Source: Macrostomum lignano
Lineage: Eukaryota
Assembly (NCBI GenBank): GCA_002269645.1
Contig: NIVC01002769.1
Location: 62,001-126,000 of the forward strand
Direction: 5' to 3'
DNA length: 64,000 nucleotides
Shown here: positions 12,720-25,165 of the stretch, piece by piece
Numbering within the stretch: the first letter of the stretch is position 1
How the letters are laid out: each line of letters starts with the position of its first letter
Notes under the pieces: model-generated
Seen by the model: the letters and a program-made list of their open reading frames with translations, nothing else
Told to the model about the DNA's origin: nothing
The model's database searches: none
Program-made: the position numbers and the translations under genes

Positions 12720-13847
12720 ATGTCTTTCGCTCAGCTTCTAGAGGATCTAATAGTAGAGGGCAACGCCGAAGCTGCGGAGCCAATGGAAGTGTGCCCGGAA
12801 GCAATCACCATCAGGGCCGTATTGGTTCCTCAAGGACAACCTTAAGAACAGCGCTGTGCCCATGCTTGCGCAGAGCGAGCTCGCACAGCAGCGGAATTTC
12901 GCGTATTTCGGAATTTCCGCAGCAGCGGAAGGACGCTGGGCCTCCTTCATCCGGCGGACGTGATCATCTGGACCGATGGATCCACCCGGCCGGATGGCAC
13001 CGCGTCTGGAGGAGGAGCTATTATCACCTCGGGCCTCCTGGGTATCCGGGAAGATGTCTGTGTGCCGGCCGGCCGCTGGAACAGTAGCACCAGTGCGGAA
13101 CTCATTGCGATCGAAGCGGCCCTTGCCCGCCTGGCTGAGTTTCTCCGTGGTGGCGGCTGCCCGGCCATTACTGTCAGGCTTTGCACGGATTCCCGTGCCG
13201 GCCTCCAAACGATTCTGCGCGGCCCGACCGTCGCGACGGACGATGTCACCCGACGCGTCTGGGCTAATATCGCTGCCCTGCCGAGTGGCTGCAAAGTTCA
13301 CCTGCAATGGGTGCCGGGTCACGCTAACCTCCCCAGGAACGAAGCGGCTGATGAGATGGCCGGGAGAGCTACCGAGGCTCAGCAACAGCCAAACACAGTC
13401 ACCCCTATCGCCGCTAGGACTGCCATCAATCACGTTCTCCGAAGTTGGCGAAAAACGCGAGACCACATGCACCCGTATCCTAGCCCGAAGCCTGGCCACG
13501 ACGATCTCCCGAGATGGGGCCAGGTCACCCTTTGCCAGCTGAGAACGCGCAAATCTCCGCTCACGCGCGACACGCTCCACCGATTTGGCCTCACCCTGAC
13601 GACCGCTGCATTACCTGTGGAGAGCCGGACTCGGTCGAGCATTTGCTCCTTACCTGCCCAGGCTACCACCAGGCTCGCATCCGCACCTGGGGTGGCATCA
13701 GCGTTGATTGGAATACCGTGCTGGGGGGCGAGGGCAGCCTCCTCTGTGACTACCTGCGCAGGGTGGGCCGCCAAGAACCGCCTATCGACGATCCCGGTGG
13801 CAGAGCGGCCCCGATCCGGCCTCCCGCGGGCGGCCGCAGGTCGGAGT

Positions 13848-13917
<70 letters not shown>

Positions 13918-14408
13918 GAATTTCGAACGGTGTCAGAGTTTTTAGGGGGCAAAACTCGGCGCTGTATTTCAGACCAGGCCTACGAACTGCACTCTTTGTG
14001 CATGGCCTGGTCGGAAATCCGCAAAGGCATATGGAGCAGATCCGGCGTGTCCTTTTAAATGGCAGAATCCAGCACCCGCCGCCAGCACCGGCAGACCCAC
14101 TGCCGGCACCGGCGGAGGATCCACGAGTTGCGGTGCTGGAAGGACGCGTCACGGCGCTGGAACGACAGCTGGCAGAGTTACAGCAGCCCCCACCACCGCC
14201 ACCGATGCAACAGTTGCCGCCAACATCACCAACCCCCCCCCCCAATCCTCCCGCAAGCGCTGCCAGCGCAGAAGCCGGTGCCGCAGACGCCGCCGATGGA
14301 ACAGTTGCCGCTAACGCCCCCGCCCCCCAATCCTCCCACAGGCGCCGCCGACGCAGACGCCACCGGTTCGTGCAAACAGGGGAGTCGCTTTATTTATTAG
14401 TTTATTAG
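12720..14408 (+). pseudogene. Orphan ORF (coiled coil, Pro-rich, poly-Arg C-terminus) interrupted by a LINE insertion
   Basis: ATG at 12720 (MSFAQLLEDL..). Removing the LINE plus one TSD joins ..RRASSHSSG|ISNGVRVFRG..ALFVHGLVG..LEGRVTALERQLAELQQPPPP..HRRRRRRRH..stop 14408; one extra frameshift is needed near 12840. Confidence 0.45.
12902..13913 (+). mobile_element. 5'-truncated RNase H-bearing non-LTR retrotransposon with (GA)n tail and 12-bp TSD
   Basis: IWTDGS..AELIAI..TDSRA..LQWVPGH..NEAAD (RNase H), then C..CGEPDSVEHLLLTCP, (GA)n at ~13848-13913; TSD agcggaatttcg at 12890-12901 and 13914-13925. Confidence 0.93.
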
Positions 14409-15207
14409 AATAGGCTTAGGTCCCTACCTTGTCCTTATTTATGCTGCCTTGTTTACATCTATAATAACTGCACGCATTCGCTTTAAACCTCGCGCATCCT
14501 TAAGAGCTCACTGTTCATTTTTCTTATATTATGGTTCAAAATAGAGATACTGTATAATCGAGATTGGGGACCGTGTAAAAATTAAGAAAAATCGGGGTCT
14601 CGCGCGTAATGGTGCAATATTTCCTGCCTATAAATGCGAGCCCTCTCAAGCCTTGTTTTCCAATCAAGGATTCTTTAGCTCTGTTCTCTCTCCAGTTCTG
14701 CAATTGCCCTATTTCTCCAATTTTGCTGACTCAGTTGTCATCCTTAACCCAGACCTCTTGAGTCTGCTCGGAGGCTAACACCGTCCTCCTAGCGACCCAC
14801 TGTGCCTGGCAAGATCTGCTGACTATTAGTCTGAAATCAGAAGATGAGTATTGCTGAAGGCTTATTCAAATATCTATAGCAAGCGTACAGAAACTATACG
14901 TGGCGTGCTTCGGCGGCGGAAGATAAAAAGAAATTACAAACGAATGAGGCAAGAGAAAGCTTTCTTCTTGGAAATCCAGCCTATACGATTCCGTCGCGTC
15001 TTCTAAACCGGTTTTCAAAAAAACAGATTGACACTAAAAGGTTTTGTGTTTGCCAAGTCGATATTTGCCGAGCGATTAACAAACAATTTTTTTCTTTTTT
15101 CTTCTACATTTAAACAGTCAGTATATCGGAAACTCAAAACGTTTTGCGCGACATCGCATTCTCCGCGAGGATCAATTCAAAAAACTGCTAGCCATTGTAG
15201 TTGTGCG

Positions 15208-16373
15208 ATGAAGAGGATTGATAAACTACAAGTATCAGCTCTGCTGCTTCTCAGCTTGCTGCTCTGCTTGTGCCTAGCAACAGCCGCTACTGTAGTTCTG
15301 TCGTTCGAGAAGTTCCATGGCTGTCCCACCGAAGAAGCCTCTCTGCTGCCGCAGAAACTGACCAGCAAGCTGCAGTGCGCCGCCGCCTGCTCCCATCTGC
15401 CCACCTGCAATGCATTCCAGTTTGAAATTAGGACCGGCCAGTGTTACCATGGAGACGCGTGCTCAGAACTCAAGCAATGGACTGACGAAGACGACTGCGA
15501 CTCGTACAAGTACACGGATGTGCTGTGCGGAGACTGGGGTGAGTTGGACTGAAATTTTAGTTTATTCCGTCTCAAATGAGCTGATCGAGTACTCAAATAT
15601 TGTTTCAGCCTTGCCTAAGCCCGAGTTCACCAAGCTCAAACTGAAGCTGTTCTACAAGTTCTCGAGGAGCGGTCTCAGGAATGAAGTCAACCCGAGACAG
15701 TTCTGTCTGAAGTCTCGCAACGTGACAATCGACTCAGTAGGTGCTCACTTTGATGGTCATTCTGGCTCATTCCTGAGCACAGCGACTCCCGGATTCTGGA
15801 GATTCTTCAAGCTCGGTGAAAAGTACTCTGCTTTCGTTCGAGTGCAGCACTTGTTCAACGATTCGCTGTAAGATGCGACCTGAATTTTGAAGGGTTGTTT
15901 TAAGTAAACTCGTTTTCTTGACATTTAATTTGAAAAAATGGTACAATTTCAGAAATCAGAATTATCACCGGTTTCTATCGGCGAGTGGCGATTTCGGCAA
16001 TTCGTTTTTTTCATCAGGTAGGCGGATTTGCGACTTTGGTAGGGTGAACGAAGTCTCATCTGAGCTTCAACGCCACTGCACATCGGAATTCATCCCGCCA
16101 TCTGACGGAGATCAGCTAGTCATGTCTGCCGGATTCACCTTCATTGAAACCGCCGTGCAGCACTTCTACTTCAACGGCTCCATCGCTACAGTCGATTCAT
16201 CTGAACGTAAGAGTAGTGCCTTCTCTGTCGATCGATTCGAGAGACTGAATCTGGGGCTGTCATCGAAAGACTCAAAGTGCCTGAACGGCACAATGTTCTG
16301 CTACGGGTTCAGCCTTGGAGCTCTCAGCCTCGACGAGTTTCACCAGCTCGAGCTGCTGTGCTCAAATGACTGA
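15208..16373 (+). CDS. Secreted PAN/apple-domain + putative LamG/ConA-like domain protein, copy 1 (intact, 336 aa)
   Basis: Exons 15208-15538, 15609-15867, 15953-16373 with GT-AG introns keep frame. Hydrophobic signal peptide; PAN pattern C..QCAAAC..C.AFQF..GQCY; second domain LKLFYKF..GAHFDG..ALSLDEFHQL resembles Laminin_G_3 (inferred). Confidence 0.8.
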
Positions 16374-17277
16374 ATTCAACCTCAAAGTCAGTCAACGGTT
16401 GTTATAGTAGAAGAGATATTTACTCAATTAATATAGGGAGTAAGAACTCTAAAGAGATTTTAATATCAGTACTCTAATAAGTTTTGGAAAGAATGCTTTA
16501 TGCGCTGACGCTATAAAAATACGTTCCAAACAACCGATCAATCAGTCGTCGAATGACAAGCGTATCCTGACTCAACTCTTCAATTGAAGGAATAATTTCA
16601 GAAGAAACAATAACAATCACGTTTTAGGGAAACAGCTTTGATCCCTATAAAACTTCGAATTCATTTGAATGTATTCTTAAAACATATAATAACTTATTTG
16701 ATATTCCCTTTTAATAATTAGTTGGCAGCCAGGCTGTTACAGCCGGATTCTAAATATACATTTCAAATCCTAATGAGATCCTTTTGAGGTCTATAATCTC
16801 TGTCTGTAATATTACTAAATTGTTTATTATTTTAGTCGTGTTCCAGCCTTCTCTCCGACAGATTATTAAAAGCCAATTTACAGAAGAGACGCTTCCTTCA
16901 CAATATACCGGTAGAAGGCGCTATTGAAACAAATAGCGAAATATTCTAGAAATAGAAAATAGAAAATAGAAATGGCACCGAGCCAATGCAATGACATGGT
17001 TACTCGATCAACATTTGCTTTCGAGACCGAGAAAAGCTTGATAGTCTGCAAAGCTTGAGAGTCTGCAAGCATGAAACTACTCGTAAGTTAATGTGTCAAA
17101 GAAATAGGATAAATGAGATATTGAATCGCGTTTTACCGACTGAATACTTCCGTTCGATTATGCAAACTCTTTACGAGTACAAGACTTGTCTAAAGCTTCT
17201 AAAAATTCGAGCTATCAGCAGGAGGCGAAAGTCTTGAATTGAATATCAAATCAGCTACTATTACAGCAACACAGATC

Positions 17278-18792
17278 ATGATGAGAAGGATTAGCGAATT
17301 CCCAGCACTGTCACTGATTCTCTTGCTGCTAGGCTGGAGCTCAGCAGCCGCTATTGCAGTAGTGCTATTGTTCGAGAAGTTCCATGGCTGTCCCACCGCA
17401 GAAGCCTCTCTGCTCCCGACTGCCCACCTGCAACGCATTCCACTTCAAAATTGGCACCGGCCAGTGTTACCATGGAGACGCGTGCTCAGAACTCAAGCAA
17501 TGGACTGACGAAGGCGACTGCGACTCGTACAAGTACACGGATGTGCTGTGCGGAGACTGCGGTGAGTTGCACAGCAGCTCATACGTATTTGGACTGAAAT
17601 TTTCATTTATTCCGTCTCAAATGAGCTGATCGAGTACTCAAATATTGTTTCAGACTTGCCTAAGCCCGAGTTCACCAAGCTCAAACTGAAGCTGTTCTAC
17701 AAGTTCTCGAGGAGCGGTCTCAGGAATGAAGTCAACCCGAGGCAGTTCTGTCTGAAGTCTTGCAACGTAAAAATCGACTCAGTGGGTGCTCACTTTGATG
17801 GTAATTCTGGCTCATTCCTGAGCACAGCGACTCCCGGATTCTGGAGATTCTTCAAGCTCGGTGAAAAGTACTCTGGATTCGTTTGAGTTCGGTACTTGTT
17901 CCACGATTCACTATAAGCTGAGGCGTGAATATTGAATGCGTTAATCTTGTTTCAATTAAACTCGTTTTTAGAAATTGTATTCAGAAAAAATTGTACCATT
18001 TCAGAAATCAGAATTATCACTGGTTTTAATCGGCGAGTGGCTCTTACGGCAATTCATTCTTTTCATCACGTAGCCGTATACGCGACTTTGCTAAGGTAGG
18101 CAAAATCTCATTCGAACTTCAAAGTCACTGCACATCGGCACGTAGCCGTATACGCGACTTTGCTAAGGTAGGCAAAATCTCATTCGAACTTCAAAGTCAC
18201 TGCACATCGGCACCTATACTGTCATCTGATGGAAATCAGCTAGTCATTTCTGCGGGATTCACCTTCAATGAAACCGCTGTGCAGCACTTCTAATTCAACG
18301 GCTCCCTTGCTACAGTCGATTCATATTGTTGTGTCGTGACAATGCTGCCCTGAAAAGGGCCGTTTTACTTATTAGCTAGTTTATTAACTGCGCAGTATTT
18401 TTCTACCTTCTCTATTACAAATAGACGTTTATGTAATGGGCACGTCGCATTGTTATTTTCTATCTTTCTGATTTAGGCTATTAATTATTGATTGTATAGT
18501 AATTTGGTATTTAGGCAAATATAAGAGCACGGTTGTCATGTTAAGAGAAACCGTCTTTCTTCCCGGTTCAACCGCTACAGCGTTCCTGTTAGTTTCTTCG
18601 GAAGACACTACACATATAGCGCCACAAACCATGTCTACTCGGTAGATCGATTTCAGATACTGAATCTGGGACGGTCATCGACAGACTCAAAGTGCCTGAA
18701 CAGCACAATGTTCTGCTACGGTTTCAGTCTTGGAGCTTTCAGCCTGGATGACTTTCACCAACTCGAGCTGCATGCTGTGCTCGAATGACTGA
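17278..18792 (+). pseudogene. PAN/LamG-like gene, copy 2 (pseudogene)
   Basis: Homologous to copies 1 and 3 but has a frameshifting deletion in the PAN exon (~17415), a stop (~17884), exon-2 donor mutated to ataag, a ~70-bp tandem duplication (~18069-18210), a further stop and a solo LTR in exon 3. Confidence 0.88.
18327..18612 (+). mobile_element. Solo LTR (286 bp)
   Basis: Ends TGTTGTG...CACTACA, flanked by a 5-bp TSD catat (18322-18326, 18613-18617); interrupts exon 3 of copy 2. Confidence 0.9.
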
Positions 18793-19012
18793 ACTCGACT
18801 TCGAAGTCAGTCAAATGTTGGTAATAAAATTTACTCAATTAATTTAGGCAATAACAATTATAAAAAGATTATTATAACGCTTTAATAATTTTGGCTGGAA
18901 ATTAAAGTGAAGCAGATAGCTTTATTTAGGTTCTGATGCTGTAAAAAGATGTAATTTCAGACAACCAACTAAGCCGTCGTCTAAATATCTCGAATCCACT
19001 CCAGTTTATGAA

Positions 19013-19349
19013 CAAGGGCCACTCAAGTAGAAGGACAGGAAACTTCGTCTCTTGGAAAGTTTTTAAGAGGCAGGTTTTGCCTTAAAATACATTACCGAGA
19101 ATGAAGGCTTTCAATTTTTCAGCGCAAAAATGGTTATTGCTTTTGATTGGAGGCTGATCCAATGTTCATCCCATAAAAATGGCACAGCTCGACTCATTGG
19201 TTTTATGAATCTATTTCATCATTCTGTTACACATTTTCTTACACAGTTACACTAATAAAAACCTCCATTCTCCGTTATATATGTTTTTCCGGCCTTCTAA
19301 AATTTTCCAAGAAGTGTCGTTTCCAGTCCTTCTACTTGAGTAGCCCTTG
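19013..19349. mobile_element. MITE, hAT-like (337 bp)
   Basis: ~45-bp TIRs caaggg(c/t)actcaagtagaaggac.ggaaac..tcttggaa; degenerate 8-bp flanks tttatgaa / tctatgca. Confidence 0.8.
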
Positions 19350-19554
19350 TCTATGCACCCGCGTCGTTTCTCGCAAAATGATCGCTTCTAAGCTGGTACA
19401 CAGCTTTGATGCCTATGGTATTTTGCATTCCCCAAAATGTAGCAAATCTCATAAAAATGTTATAAGTATCTATTTGACATTCCCTTCAATATTTAGTTGG
19501 CATCGATGCCGTTAAATAATCTGATTCTAAATTTATATTTCTGTGACGTTGCTA

Positions 19555-20395
19555 GTTTAAGGTGGTCCCGCAAAAAGGCCGTTGGACTACAATTTTCCTT
19601 ATAATTTCTCATTTAAAATTTCCAATTGTGTATTCTCACGTTTACTTGTAGTAGCGCGCAACTAATCTGTATCAATTGCTAAATCACTGCGTACTTTGTA
19701 AGCCTTGCGTACGGCTGTAGGGTCTCGCGCGATCGATAATTTCTGTTTCTTGTTTTTCCCGCGCCAGCCAATAATAACTCTCCGCATATATTATGTTAAC
19801 CCTCCTGCGCTCCTTTATTAACCCCGCCTGGCGGCGGGCTGGGGGTTTTATTCACTTTCGTTCCTTTCCTTCCTTCGTCTCCTTCCCTCTGTCCTGGCGT
19901 TCCTTCGTTTCCTTCCTTCGTTCTTTCGTTCCTTTCCTTCCTTCTCTCTCCTTATCTCTCGCCACGGCTCCACTGTCTGGGCCAGACTGTCTCTTGCTCC
20001 ACTGTATACTGCCACGGGCCGGCGCCCAATCTCGCCACTTAATCTGTTGCCTACTTGTTACTCACTGCCATCACTGTGCTCACAGCCATCACTTGCTACT
20101 CGGCTTCATCCCAAGTATCATCATCTACTCAACTCTCATCTATACCACTAAATTGCATCAACCCATTGTTGCAGCCGCCAGTGCCCCATAACGCCATAAG
20201 CTTCTGTATTAACATTAAACATTGATAATTATAAACCAGTTGGCGTCTCTTATTATATATCGCCATTGCCAAGTGCTACCGCTACAAACTCTACTCTGCC
20301 ATTGTTGAGTTCACCATCCTTTTGGGACTGATAACGTCAGTACCCTCGTCAAACGGCCCTTTTGAGGGCTATAGCCATTACAACGCCAATAACGT
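19555..20395 (+). mobile_element. Dispersed non-coding repeat, copy 2 (homologous to 3943-4620), inserted in the PAN-gene duplication unit
   Basis: Shared blocks with copy 1; the sequence on either side matches the uninterrupted spacer at ~16700-16830. Confidence 0.6.
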
Positions 20396-20977
20396 GACAA
20401 TTTTATATCCCTATAAGACCCTTTTAATGTCTATAATCTCCTGTCTGTTTAATTGATATTGTTTCACTCGCGTGCGGGCTCCGGTCCGACAGATAGTGCT
20501 GTTAACAAAAATCGCGAAAAAAATATTCAGCAAGCTAATGCAAACACCTTGCAACTGAGGCTCCTATGTAAACTGCCAGCCACCCTAATTGCAATGGCTA
20601 AAAGCCAGCAATATAGCTGTCACATTAAAACAATTCTTAGACCAGGGATCGTTGTGGCACCGTCCGAGCCTATGCAAAGACAGTTAGTCGCTCACATTTG
20701 CTTACCGAGAGACGCTTAGCGCCAACAGAGTTTGGAAGCAGGAAACACAGTTGATGTGCCTATAGGAAATGGAAGAAATTCCATTTCATCCCATTATGGC
20801 GACTAATGGCATCCCAATGGCATAAGTAATGGAATCCAATTTAGGCGACTGAATACTTCCGTTCCATAATGCAGTGGCTTGTGTGGAGACTTGTCTCGAG
20901 CTTTTAAAAACTCCAGCCATCTTGCCATTCAGTGAGCTATCAGCAGCAGGCGTAGTGCAATTACTGCAACACCTACC

Positions 20978-22170
20978 ATGATGAGAAGGATTAGCAAAGT
21001 CCTATTCCCGTCACTGATACTCTCACTGCTAGGCTGGAGCTCAGCAGCCGGTGCCTCCGCCTCTAAGCTGTCGTTCGAGAAGTTCCACAGCTGTCCCACC
21101 AAAGAAGCCTCTCTGCTGCCGCAAAAGCTGACCAGCAAGCTGCAGTGCGCCGCCGCCTGCTCCCGACTGCCCACCTGCAATGCATTCCACTTCAAAATTG
21201 GCACTGGCCAGTGTTACCATGGAGACGCGTGCTCAGAACTCAAGCAATGGACTGACGAAGGCGACTGCGACTCGTACAAGTACACGGATGTGCTGTGCGG
21301 AGACTGCGGTGAGTTGCACAGCAGCTCATACGTATTTGGACTGAAATTTTCATTTATTCCGTCTCAAATGAGCTGATCGAGTACTCAAATATTGTTTCAG
21401 CCTTGCCTAAGCCCGAGTTCACCAAGCTCAAACTGAAGCTGTTCTACAAGTTCTCGAGGAGCGGTCTCAGGAATGAAGTCAACCCGAGACAGTTCTGTCT
21501 GAAGTCTCGCAACGTGACAATCGACTCAGTAGGTGCTCACTTTGATGGTCATTCTGGCTCATTCCTGAGCACAGCGACTCCCGGATTCTGGAGATTCTTC
21601 AAGCTCGGTGAAAAGTACTCTGCTTTCGTTCGAGTGCAGCACTTGTTCAACGATTCGCTGTAAGCTGAGGCGTGAATATTGCATTTAAAAGTTAAATGTA
21701 GTGGCTGACCACGACCAAGACTTGCAGAATCTTTTCACTATTTTAGTGTCCAGTTCTATCAAAAGTTTTCGAACAACAATTCCGAGTTAGGAAATTCGTT
21801 TTATTTGAAAGAGCGAAAAATCTACGACGTTGTTAAGGTGGAACCGGACGTAAATGGGAATAGAAAAATTCGCTCTAAGTCGCAGCCAATCCTGCCATCT
21901 GACGGAGCCCAGCGAGTGATGTCAACGGGATTCGCTTGCAATGGAACCGCCGTGCACCAATTTTACTTTAACGGCTCGCTGGCTTTAGCTGATTCGGTTG
22001 AACGCGAATCAAGCGTCTACTCGGTAGATCGATTTGAGATACTGAATCTGGGACGGTCATCGACAGATTCAAATTGCCTGAACGGCACAATGTTCTGCTA
22101 CGGTTTCAGCCTTGGAGCTCTCAGCCTGGAAGAGTTTCACCAGCTTGAGCTGATGTGCTCAAACGGCTGA
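20978..22170 (+). CDS. Secreted PAN/apple + putative LamG/ConA-like protein, copy 3 (intact, 337 aa)
   Basis: Exons 20978-21308, 21401-21659, 21747-22170; same intron phases as copy 1; open frame to TGA at 22170. Confidence 0.8.
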
Positions 22171-23090
22171 ATTCGACTTCAAAGTCAGTCAAATTTTGAT
22201 GATCGCAGAAATTTACACTCGATATGTTGAGACAATTTGAAGTCCAAAAGCAACTATAAAAAACCTAACAGAGCCTAAAACCAAAGACACTACTTATAAG
22301 TATGACAAATATACCTCGTATCTACACAAGTCGAATTACTCGTATGTCTAGTTAACCGCCTCGCCCTAAAAGTGTACACGTATGAATATATATATAATTA
22401 ATAATTTGCCCTAATATTTATAAAGTTTTTTTCAGTTTGAAATTAAACCAAAACCAACTATTGTTGAAGAAATTCTTCTCTTATGTTTAATCTTATTGAA
22501 TATTTTATAAACCTAAATAAACTGATAGCAGCAGTTATTGCTAGCAAAACTGCAAATTATATCACTAACCCTGGCATCGAAATGTTAAGACTTTCTGATA
22601 GAATTTCCTAGAAATCATTTTTAAAAATAATCAGTTAAAATCTGCGGATTAAAACAAAGAACCAAATTTTCAACTTAACACGTCAACTTGCAAGCCGAGC
22701 TCTAACTTGAGAATTTTGTTATCTATCAATAAAGCGAAAATTCTCTGACATTCTGCTGTGTGCTTCACGCTATCTAACCCGATTATGTAATCGTTTGCTG
22801 CATATAGCTGCGGGAGGACGGTGAAACATGGGCAACCTCTTATGGGTAATTAACAGGAATACTTACCGACTACCGCGAAAGAGACAGTAAACAGTCTCTT
22901 TCAGGTGGTAAACAAAAATCTTTCTAATTGAAACTTTTCAAACCATATCTAGCTATTGGTGCTTAAAGTTAATGTGTCGTATTCACGGTTATTTGCTTCG
23001 CAATCACACTTGGACCTGTCGGTATTGAATAGCCGGTTACACACTGTTTTTATCAAAAGGGACTTGCACTGTAGACATTATACTGTTGCC

Positions 23091-23519
23091 GCCCCTGTTG
23101 CTGGCGCCCCTGGCGCTGGCGCCCCTGGTGCTAAAGCCCCTGGTGCTAAAGCCCCTGGTGCTAAAGCCCCTGGTGCTAAAGCCCCTGGTGCTAAAGCCCC
23201 TGGTGCTAAAGCCCCTGGTGCTAAAGCCCCTGGTGCTAAAGCCCCTGGTGCTAAAGCCCCTGGTGCTAAAGCCCCTGGTGCTAAAGCCCCTGGTGCTAAA
23301 GCCCCTGGTGCTAAAGCCCCTGGTGCTAAAGCCCCTGGTGCTAAAGCCCCTGGTGCTAAAGCCCCTGGTGCTAAAGCCCCTGGTGCTAAAGCCCCTGGTG
23401 CTAAAGCCCCTGGTGCTAAAGCCCCTGGTGCTAAAGCCCCTGGTGCTAAAGCCCCTGGTGCTAAAGCCCCTGGTGCTAAAGCCCCTGGTGCTAAAGCCCC
23501 TAGAGCTGGCGCCCCTGGT
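23091..23519 (+). repeat. 15-bp minisatellite (gcccctggtgctaaa)n, about 28 units
   Basis: Near-perfect tandem units with gcccctggcgctggc-type variants at the edges; no unique spacers. Confidence 0.97.
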
Positions 23520-25165
23520 AGTGAAGTGTTCAGTCGCGCTAAGAGTGAAACCCATTGAACTCGAAAGATAGAAAACCTTGAATTGCCAATTTGATTTAGA
23601 GCATGTGTAATGGCTGTGTTCGACAAGTGCAGCCTGAATGTCCGCGACTACCACATGCACTCGCTGGGGTTTGATTGTTTGTCAAAGAGCAGCTTGTGCG
23701 TCCAAGAATAGACGACGTTACACCAGACGTACTACTAGCTCGTACGATGGGTGTCTTCTCCTTTCTAACTTAAACCGGGTGACTAACTCTACTTTTAATT
23801 AGTAGTATAGGTTGATATCAGTATAATTATAGAACCGCTTGTTGCATTCTTTAGGTAAATTATTCTAATAAATGCGCAGCAGCCAGAATAATAGTTTGTT
23901 TTACTAGTATCTTTATGGATAAATTTAAACAATATTTTTAAGACGTAAAAAATTCACATTATTGCTCAATCGTGTTTAAGCATGAAACTGCACAATATTA
24001 AAAGAAATTTAAATAAAAGATTAATTTTAAGTCGTACATAGTATGCGTTTTTCATTACTTTACTTTCTTTTAAATCCACTCACTTCATACAATGCAATAG
24101 AAAAAATCTAGCTTATAAAAAAGATTACCATTTTAGTCAGCTGATTGATATTTTCCTAAAATCAATTGCTGGCACGTTTATTATCAGCCATAATTGTGCT
24201 GCGACCGCATTTCTAGACCAAACGTCATCTCTGTGTCAATTATACGCTAATGTGTGACAGGAAAACGTCACAACCGCACACCGTTTTCGTGACGCGGCTC
24301 TTCAGTGTGCATTTGTAATTAGTGAACAGAGAGGCGGCGACCGATTTAATGAGAGCGGGACGGAGGGAAGATGGTGGAAAGAGGTTGGGGTCACGGACGC
24401 AGCTTTAGTAGACCGACAGACCCGGCCTTCAAAGTTGTGTCCGTGCGCCTGTCTCAGCTATAGCGCTCGCTCACATCAAGGCTGCACGCCGTTCACTCCA
24501 GACTGAATAGAGATTTGACTGACAAAGCGTATTTCTCTCTTCTAATCCAGTTTCCGATCACGTGATTCTCAAGCGTCTCTACCAACAACTCTCATTCAAC
24601 ATTTATAAGTGAGTACGACACAGTGAATCAAATTCATAGTTATTTTCCCAAAGACCAGTTACTATAAAGTTACAGTTTGAACATTAAAGTATTAGTCTTA
24701 TTGTGCGCATTGTGGAAGACTATCTTGCCAGAGGACGCCAAGCCTAAGCGTGCCGCAATGCCGCCGCTTCGCACAAGCTGTTGCTTCTGCAGTCAGCTCT
24801 ATACTACGTGACTGGCTTTGTTTCTGCCCCCTTCAGGTAATTCGCGAGTGCGAGCGCGCGTATTTAATCCCGAGAATTGACCCACAATCCCTACGCCGCA
24901 AAAACAACAGCTGGCAATATAGTATAGAATTGCTATTCAAATCCTCCATAAGAATGGGAGAAAAGATCTGGAGAGAAAAATAAATCCGATCGCCTCATAG
25001 TCCTCAAAACCTTCGGGGGAGGAACTACGGAAGCTTGTAAAGCAGTAAATACTGAGTTACTGCAGTAAAAAAACAGCGCATAAATGTTGCACAGTACTTT
25101 GTTAGTCTGCGCGTGTCTTTATTAGATTTTTAAACTGCCGATTGCATCCTGATTTCTGAGTCCTC

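Noticed and set aside
12960-14408. 482-aa ORF read as a real RNase H fusion gene
   Set aside because: TSDs show it is LINE RNase H run through a frameshift and (GA)n tail into the target sequence.
23091-23519. CRISPR-like array (also considered for 39171-39290, 53665-53790, 56355-56630)
   Set aside because: Units are directly adjacent with no unique spacers, no cas genes, and the DNA is eukaryotic.
22956-23660. (PGAKA)n elastin/silk-like protein ORFs, and similar ORFs at 34037-34780
   Set aside because: Several frames on both strands are open because the 15-bp unit has no stops; no convincing start, splice context or non-repetitive domain.
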